Virus record (IMG/VR): IMGVR_UViG_3300034062_003925
Coordinates: 1 to 64,000 of that record
Source of the DNA: an uncultured virus (IMG/VR IMGVR_UViG_3300034062_003925)
Lineage: Duplodnaviria; Heunggongvirae; Uroviricota; Caudoviricetes
Strand: one strand, 5' to 3'
DNA: 64,000 nucleotides
The translations under genes and the position numbers were made by a program. The notes beneath the pieces were generated by a model. That model was not told the DNA's origin, ran no database searches, and was given only the letters and a program-made list of their open reading frames with translations. Shown piece after piece: positions 58,520-64,000 of the stretch (its first letter is position 1; each line of letters starts with the position of its first letter).

Positions 58520-59634
58520 CAAAAATTGAATACATATGGCTTGATGGTTATACGCCTGAACCAAATTTAAGAAGTAAAATTAAAGTTGTTGAAGAACAAA
58601 ACTGTGAATTACATAAAATTCCTGAATGTAATTTTGATGGGTCATCAACACTACAGGCGGAAGATAATAATTCTGATTGTATTTTAAAACCTGTGAGAGT
58701 TTATTGGACAAATGTTGACACATCTAAAATATACGTTTTATGTGAGGTTATGAATCCTGATGGGACTCCTCACGAAACTAATAGAAGAGCACAGTTAGGT
58801 GACGAAGATAATGATATGTGGTTTGGATTTGAACAAGAATATTTTATCCGTGAAGGTAAAAACAAACCAGTGTTAGGACATAGTGAAGGGTTGATTGAAG
58901 GTCAAGGAAAATACTATTGCGGTGTAGGTTCTAATGTTGTTGGTAGAGATATTGTTGAAGAGCACATGGATTTATGTTTAAATATGGGAATCACCATTAC
59001 AGGTGTGAACGCTGAAGTGGCTTTAGGACAATGGGAATATCAAGTATTCTCAAAAGGTAAATTAAAGGCTGGTGACGACCTTTGGATGTCGAGATATCTA
59101 ATGGAAAAACTATCTGAGAAATATGGATATTATATTGAATACCATCCTAAACCGATTAGACATGGTGAATGGAATGGGTCAGGATTACACACAAACTTTT
59201 CGACAGATATAATGAGAAATAAGGGTGGGGAGGAATACTTCAACGTAATATTTAATTCTTTGGAATCAAGAAGATATCAACATATTGAAGTTTATGGTTC
59301 AGATAATGAACTAAGACTTACAGGTAAATACGAAACACAATCAATTGATAAGTTCAGTTGGGGGATTAGTGACCGAGGAGCATCTATCCGAGTTCCTGTG
59401 TCAACGGCTAAAGAGTGGAAAGGTTATATTGAAGATAGAAGACCAGCATCAAATGCAAACCCTTATGACATAGTTAAAGTTATTTCTGAAACGATTGATA
59501 TGGCTAACGAACTTCTCGCAACAACCCACAACATGTATAGTAATGTTAGTGTTAAAAACTTTGATGAGGTTGCTAAAAAATACAATGGAATCCTTACTAC
59601 CGAAGAATTATTAAACGAATATAAAAAAGATTAA
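58516..59634 (+). CDS. glnII: Glutamine synthetase type II
   Basis: EYIWLDG...LRSK, FDGSST.QA, WFGFEQEY, NAEVALGQWEYQ, HPKP..GEWNGSGLHTNFS, RLTGKYET, DRGASIRVP and YIEDRRPASN. Confidence 0.95.
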   Translation: MTKIEYIWLDGYTPEPNLRSKIKVVEEQNCELHKIPECNFDGSSTLQAEDNNSDCILKPVRVYWTNVDTSKIYVLCEVMNPDGTPHETNRRAQLGDEDNDMWFGFEQEYFIREGKNKPVLGHSEGLIEGQGKYYCGVGSNVVGRDIVEEHMDLCLNMGITITGVNAEVALGQWEYQVFSKGKLKAGDDLWMSRYLMEKLSEKYGYYIEYHPKPIRHGEWNGSGLHTNFSTDIMRNKGGEEYFNVIFNSLESRRYQHIEVYGSDNELRLTGKYETQSIDKFSWGISDRGASIRVPVSTAKEWKGYIEDRRPASNANPYDIVKVISETIDMANELLATTHNMYSNVSVKNFDEVAKKYNGILTTEELLNEYKKD

Positions 59635-59636
59635 AT

Positions 59637-60029
59637 ATGGAAAAATTTAAACATTTTGTGCCTTTTCAGCCTTTAATGGAAAATAGATGGATTATTAAAA
59701 CTCACCCAATAAACATTAACCCGTACTTGTTTAGAAAGTATAAGATGTATAATGAAGGAGAATCAATCGTATTCAAAACTGAGTTTTTTGAAACGGTTAC
59801 AGACTCATATAACCCAAAAGAATTATTGGAGATTACTGATATAACCTTAGAGTATTTAGACCCAACAGGAGTTGTTGTTGGAGGATTAAAAATGATTGTT
59901 AAGGGTATTAACTTTGAAAGAAAACATTCTTATTCTGGTGACGACTTGATGATAACAAAACTTAGAGTTATTATTGGTGAGACAGATTTATTATTAGAAC
60001 CAATTAGTTATGGAGAACCAAAAAAATAA
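59637..60029 (+). CDS. Hypothetical protein, weak resemblance to T4 gp19-like tail tube proteins
   Basis: P..NRWII...DITLEYLDPTGVVV. Confidence 0.4.
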   Translation: MEKFKHFVPFQPLMENRWIIKTHPININPYLFRKYKMYNEGESIVFKTEFFETVTDSYNPKELLEITDITLEYLDPTGVVVGGLKMIVKGINFERKHSYSGDDLMITKLRVIIGETDLLLEPISYGEPKK

Positions 60030-60243
60030 AGAACAAGTAGACCACCCGAGTCATTATGGGGGAAAAAATAATGAATATGAAGCCATTAAGGTTATTGATG
60101 CTTGGAACTTGGGATTCTCACTTGGGAATACTGTGAAGTATATTTCAAGAGCAGGGAAAAAAGAAACAGATAAAGAGTTACAAGATTTGAAAAAGGCTTT
60201 ATGGTATTTAGAACATCACATTAAAACATTAGAAAAGAAATGA
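60010..60243 (+). CDS. DUF3310-family protein
   Basis: VDHPSHY...EAI.VI...F.LGN.VKYI.RAG.K...DLKKA.WYL. Confidence 0.88.
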   Translation: MENQKNKEQVDHPSHYGGKNNEYEAIKVIDAWNLGFSLGNTVKYISRAGKKETDKELQDLKKALWYLEHHIKTLEKK

Positions 60244-61106
60244 TAGAAAATTATACGGGTAAAGTTATTAATGGTGATTGTATTGACATAATGTCAAAAA
60301 TGCCGATAAACTCAATTGACTTAATTGTGACTAGTTGTCCTTATGGTGTTGGGATTAATTATGATGTTCATAATGATGATGTATATTTTGATGAATATCT
60401 AAAATTTACTAAAGAATGGTTAACTGAAGCGTATCAGTTATTAAAAGACGATGGTAGAATTGCGTTAAATATCCCCTACGAAATAAATAGACAAGATAAA
60501 GGTGGTAGAATTTTCTTTTGTTCTGAAGTCTATCAAGTTATGAAAAGAATTGGTTATAAGTTCTTCGGTATCGTTGACCTTGAGGAAGACAGTCCCCATA
60601 GAAGTAAGACGACTGCTTGGGGTAGTTGGATGAGTCCATCCAGCCCTTATATTTATAACCCAAAAGAGTGTGTTATATTAGCCTACAAACATAAACATAT
60701 TAAGACTGTTAAGGGAGAACCCCAATGGAAGGGAGTTCCAACTGATATTGAACAAGAGGATGGAACAATTAAGAAAAAAGTTGTTTATGAGGATGTGGAT
60801 AAGAAAGAGTTTATGGAATTGGTGTTTGGGCAATGGAAATATTTTGCTGACACTAAATCCTTAACCAAGGCAACATTCTCAATGGATATCCCTACAAGGG
60901 CGATTAAGATATTATCTTATAAGAATGATATTGTTCTTGACCCATTCAACGGAAGTGGAACGTCATGTGTTGCTGCTGAGATATTAGATAGGAGATGGAT
61001 TGGGATTGAATTAAGTCCTGATTATTGTGAAATATCTCGTAAACGAATACAAGCATTTGTTGATGATAAAAAACAAAGTAAATTAGTTTTTGAAGAAGGG
61101 GTTTAA
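60240..61106 (+). CDS. Site-specific DNA methyltransferase (N4-C/N6-A, beta class)
   Basis: GDC, IDLIVTSCPY (motif IV variant) and VLDPFNGSGTS...R.WIGIEL. Confidence 0.88.
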   Translation: MIENYTGKVINGDCIDIMSKMPINSIDLIVTSCPYGVGINYDVHNDDVYFDEYLKFTKEWLTEAYQLLKDDGRIALNIPYEINRQDKGGRIFFCSEVYQVMKRIGYKFFGIVDLEEDSPHRSKTTAWGSWMSPSSPYIYNPKECVILAYKHKHIKTVKGEPQWKGVPTDIEQEDGTIKKKVVYEDVDKKEFMELVFGQWKYFADTKSLTKATFSMDIPTRAIKILSYKNDIVLDPFNGSGTSCVAAEILDRRWIGIELSPDYCEISRKRIQAFVDDKKQSKLVFEEGV

Positions 61107-61121
61107 TCAACCCCTTTTTTT
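61096..61121 (+). terminator. Intrinsic terminator
   Basis: aaggggtt-taatc-aacccctt followed by a T run. Confidence 0.8.
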
Positions 61122-61156
61122 ATTTTCTATGATATTTATAAATAAAAATATATCAT

Positions 61157-62299
61157 ATGAATAAATTATCACTTACCGAATCGGAACTAAAAGAAACGAT
61201 GGTTAAAATATACAAAGAAGAACAAATAAAACTTCTTGACGAAAAATGGAATAAATTATCAGGAATTGATAGACAATTTGTTCTTGAATTTTTAAAAGTA
61301 ATTTACCCTGAAAAGGCTATGTTGGTCACCGAATCTCGTTGGTATAATACAGTTGGGGATATTGTGGGTATTTTTGACCCTACAGGTGTTGTGGATATTG
61401 TTAATGGAATTAGTTATTGGAGACAAGGAGATAAATTATTTGCAATTTTATCTTGGGTATCAGCAGTACCATATTTAGGAGATTTACTTGCAAAACCTGT
61501 TGTGGGTGTTATGAAAATAGGTGGAAGTGCATCCAAAGCGTTTAAAGCCGCAACAATCGCAGGAGATGCTACCAAAATGGCTAAGACCGCAAAAATGGCG
61601 GGTGGACCTATTGCCAAATTAGTTGAGAAGGTTCCTTCTTGGGGAAGTAAATTAATTGCGATGTTAAGAGCTTCTGTTGGAAGAGTACCATTATTAGGTA
61701 CTGGATTAGTAAAAACTGTTGAAGAGTTTGTTAGTATTTTTGGTAAAGCAAGTAAAGAAATGAAAGCGTCTACCGAAATTACAGGTAAACTTATGGCTAA
61801 AGGTGAGGCGGCGTTAACTAAATCTGAAAAAGAATTATTAGCAACCGAGTTAAAGAAACAAAGTTCATTTAGAGGTTTCAGAGACTATAAAGGTGAAGGA
61901 CAAAGTTTTGCAAATAAATATATTTCGGGTGGTATGGGTAGACTTTGGGGTAACAGAGCAACAAGGTCACTTATGAGAAGAACAAAATGGTATTTAGGAT
62001 TGTTAGATTTTTTAGGGGTTGCTAATTTTGTTGGTCCTGATGAGTTAGAAGAACAATATGGTAATTTACAAGGTAGAGTTGATGAATACGAAAAAACTAA
62101 TCAAGCCCAACAATACGCACAAGAAGATTTAGGTCAAGGAGAGGTTTCCCCACCACCTCCACCGACATCATCAACATCATCAACGTCACCTCAATCTTCA
62201 GGAGGTGGAGGAGGAGGGTTAGACCCAGTATCTGCCTTAGCATCATTATTCGGAGGTGGGGGAGGAACTGCGAGTAAAGTTATTGGAGCGTTAATATAA
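61157..62299 (+). CDS. Putative virion-internal protein with pre-toxin-TG-like segment
   Basis: N-terminal LSLTESEL, DIVGIFDPTGVVDIVNGISYWRQGDKLFAILSWVSAVPYLGD, and a P/S/G low-complexity C-terminus. Confidence 0.6.
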   Translation: MNKLSLTESELKETMVKIYKEEQIKLLDEKWNKLSGIDRQFVLEFLKVIYPEKAMLVTESRWYNTVGDIVGIFDPTGVVDIVNGISYWRQGDKLFAILSWVSAVPYLGDLLAKPVVGVMKIGGSASKAFKAATIAGDATKMAKTAKMAGGPIAKLVEKVPSWGSKLIAMLRASVGRVPLLGTGLVKTVEEFVSIFGKASKEMKASTEITGKLMAKGEAALTKSEKELLATELKKQSSFRGFRDYKGEGQSFANKYISGGMGRLWGNRATRSLMRRTKWYLGLLDFLGVANFVGPDELEEQYGNLQGRVDEYEKTNQAQQYAQEDLGQGEVSPPPPPTSSTSSTSPQSSGGGGGGLDPVSALASLFGGGGGTASKVIGALI

Positions 62300-62300
62300 T

Positions 62301-63707
62301 ATGAAAAAGTTAATTAAAGAAAGTGGGTTACGAGATATTAATCTACTAGCTAAAAGATATCCTAAAGCGGAGATTTATTTCCATCAAGATTTAGATGGTG
62401 TTACTACCGCAATTGCGATGAAAAAATATCTTGAGGACAACGGGGTTAAAGTAGTTGATGCCCATGTCATCCAATACGGGGACAAAGAATTTTCCGTTAA
62501 AAAGAATGATGCTCAGGGAGATACAATGCCAGTCCTTGTTGATTTTGCTCACGGTAAACCAATGTTTGTTATTCATACTGACCATCATGATAGACAAGCG
62601 GGAGCTGAGGACACAAAATCAGTATCATTTAGACACTCAAGGTCCAACGTAGAGACAATTTCCCAAGTGGTATCACCAAGAGAAATATTCCCAAGTAGTG
62701 ATATCTTATTAATTTCGACTGTAGATTCCGCAAACTTTGCAATGAATGATATTTCTGTTGACCAAGTTATTAATTACTTATTTAAGTTAGATAAAGATTC
62801 GTCTTTAACCAAAAACAAAATGGCTTTAGGTTTGGTCGCAAATAAATTGTTATTGGCCTTTAAAAACAAACCAGGGTTTTTAGAAGAACTCGTATTAAAA
62901 TGTTCACCATCTTTAATGAATATATTACAAAACATTAAAAGAATTATGGTTGAGAAAGGTTATGCAAAAATACCTGAATTACAAAAGAATAAAGAAACCT
63001 ATATCAATCAAATGAAAACCAATCCGAATGTTAAAGTTGAGGGTAACATTATTGTTCAATACGGTGGTGGGAATATGATGAAGCCAGGGTCTTATGATAG
63101 ATACACCCCATTCAAAAATAATCCTGAAGCGGATTTTATTGTTATTGCTTGGCCGTTAGGTTTGGTACAAGCGTCTTGTAATCCTTATAAGAAAGAAAGA
63201 GAATTAAAGGGGGTTAACTTAGGAGAAATTGCCCAAGAAGTACTTTCAAAGTGGGAAGGTAGTTTAAAAGAAAAAGAAATCCCATTATCAACAATTAAGT
63301 GGATATCGGAAAGGTCAAAAGGTTTTGGACCGGAGTCTGTCGGTTTTACATTTAAAGACTTTGTTGCTTTATATGGTAACAAATACAAAACAATGGACAA
63401 CGGTAAAGAAACATTAACTCATATTGGTAAAATGATGGAAAAACCTTTTACCGAATTATCTGAGGAGGAAAAAGAGATGTTAGATAAGATTACAATTAAT
63501 GCTTGGGATTTGATTCAGGCTAACAGTGGGGGTCATAAATGTATCACTAACATTTCGGGTTTAAGTTATCTTGGAAGGTCAAAAAGACCACCGGCAGGAG
63601 CTTATAAATATGATTCTGAGAGCGAAGACTCACCATATGTTAAATTCACAAAAATGATTCAGAATGAATTTGTGAGAGTTTTACAAAGTAAGATTAATAA
63701 CGGATAA
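62301..63707 (+). CDS. DHH-family phosphoesterase-like protein
   Basis: YFHQDLDG, LVDF, HTDHHD and a C-terminal SGGH. Confidence 0.75.
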   Translation: MKKLIKESGLRDINLLAKRYPKAEIYFHQDLDGVTTAIAMKKYLEDNGVKVVDAHVIQYGDKEFSVKKNDAQGDTMPVLVDFAHGKPMFVIHTDHHDRQAGAEDTKSVSFRHSRSNVETISQVVSPREIFPSSDILLISTVDSANFAMNDISVDQVINYLFKLDKDSSLTKNKMALGLVANKLLLAFKNKPGFLEELVLKCSPSLMNILQNIKRIMVEKGYAKIPELQKNKETYINQMKTNPNVKVEGNIIVQYGGGNMMKPGSYDRYTPFKNNPEADFIVIAWPLGLVQASCNPYKKERELKGVNLGEIAQEVLSKWEGSLKEKEIPLSTIKWISERSKGFGPESVGFTFKDFVALYGNKYKTMDNGKETLTHIGKMMEKPFTELSEEEKEMLDKITINAWDLIQANSGGHKCITNISGLSYLGRSKRPPAGAYKYDSESEDSPYVKFTKMIQNEFVRVLQSKINNG

Positions 63708-63721
63708 AATCATCCATAATA

Positions 63722-64000
63722 ATGAAATATATAATAACGGAAAATAAGTTAAACAATGTCGTGTTAAGTTGGATGAACAAAAACTTTGGTTTAGACCAGT
63801 TAGAAATTGTTAAATCTGAAAAATATCCTAATTCAATTTTTTTTAAAAAAAATGGAGAAGTTGTGATGGAGCAGGATAAAAAAAATAAAGATTTTTTGTT
63901 TGATTATGATGAAATTTGGTCATTTTTTGAATCGTTTTTTGGTATGGAATACCAAGAAATACAGGAATTTCTGAGTTACTGGTTGGAAGAGACTCTCAAA
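63722..64000 (+). CDS. Hypothetical protein, 3' truncated by window edge
   Basis: MKYIITENKLNNVVLSWMNKNFG... is open to the end of the window. Confidence 0.7.
   Translation, partial: MKYIITENKLNNVVLSWMNKNFGLDQLEIVKSEKYPNSIFFKKNGEVVMEQDKKNKDFLFDYDEIWSFFESFFGMEYQEIQEFLSYWLEETLK

Noticed and set aside
1..64000. Stop-codon reassignment (TGA/TAG recoding, as in some large phages)
   Set aside because: Genes are full length in code 11. TGA and TAG end genes at sensible places, including ATGA overlaps at 36381, 47250 and 60240. The single Trp-position TGA at 47871 is better explained as a pseudogene lesion.
1..64000. tRNA, rRNA, group I/II intron, DGR or retron
   Set aside because: Intergenic gaps are short and AT-rich. 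I saw no cloverleaf, reverse transcriptase or template/variable repeat pair. Small structured RNAs could still be missed by eye.
1..64000. Eukaryotic giant virus or bacterial chromosome origin
   Set aside because: Despite Cys-rich, LRR and plant-like GT genes, the baseplate, sigma-70, DnaG primase, amidase/spanin genes and intrinsic terminators point to a bacteriophage.

Overview
This 64-kb window is AT-rich (roughly 30% GC), gene-dense and almost entirely + strand. It comes from a large tailed bacteriophage, probably a jumbo myovirus, using the standard genetic code. The host is very probably Bacteroidota: the evidence is a Bacteroidota-type primary sigma factor, an Hc1-like protein, a type II glutamine synthetase, SprB repeats, TTTG-N19-TAnnTTTG promoters and no Shine-Dalgarno sites. 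Layout: 1-26 kb is a baseplate/tail module with very Cys-rich and Pro/Thr-repeat-rich proteins, an HNH gene, a Hint-domain adhesin, a glycosyltransferase and a RuvC-like resolvase. 26-36 kb holds primase, exonuclease, SbcD/SbcC and a sigma factor. 36-42 kb holds a lysis cassette and putative head-internal proteins. 42-64 kb holds accessory genes: DnaJ, a sugar-modification operon, two DNA MTases, Trx/Grx, a MetK-like protein, GSII, and pre-toxin-TG and DHH proteins. The best candidate for an undescribed system is virion protein O-glycosylation. A glycosyltransferase with plant HPAT/SERGT1-like motifs sits among tail genes carrying extensin/mucin-like PT and poly-Thr tracts, and a separate BKACE + N-acyltransferase + aminotransferase + GT operon could make an unusually acylated amino sugar. 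Other signals include a TATTTAT late-promoter motif, a shared N-terminal 'xLxESxL' cargo signal, apparent GATC avoidance and a catalytically degenerate MetK-like protein. All family assignments come from motifs read by eye, not from database searches.
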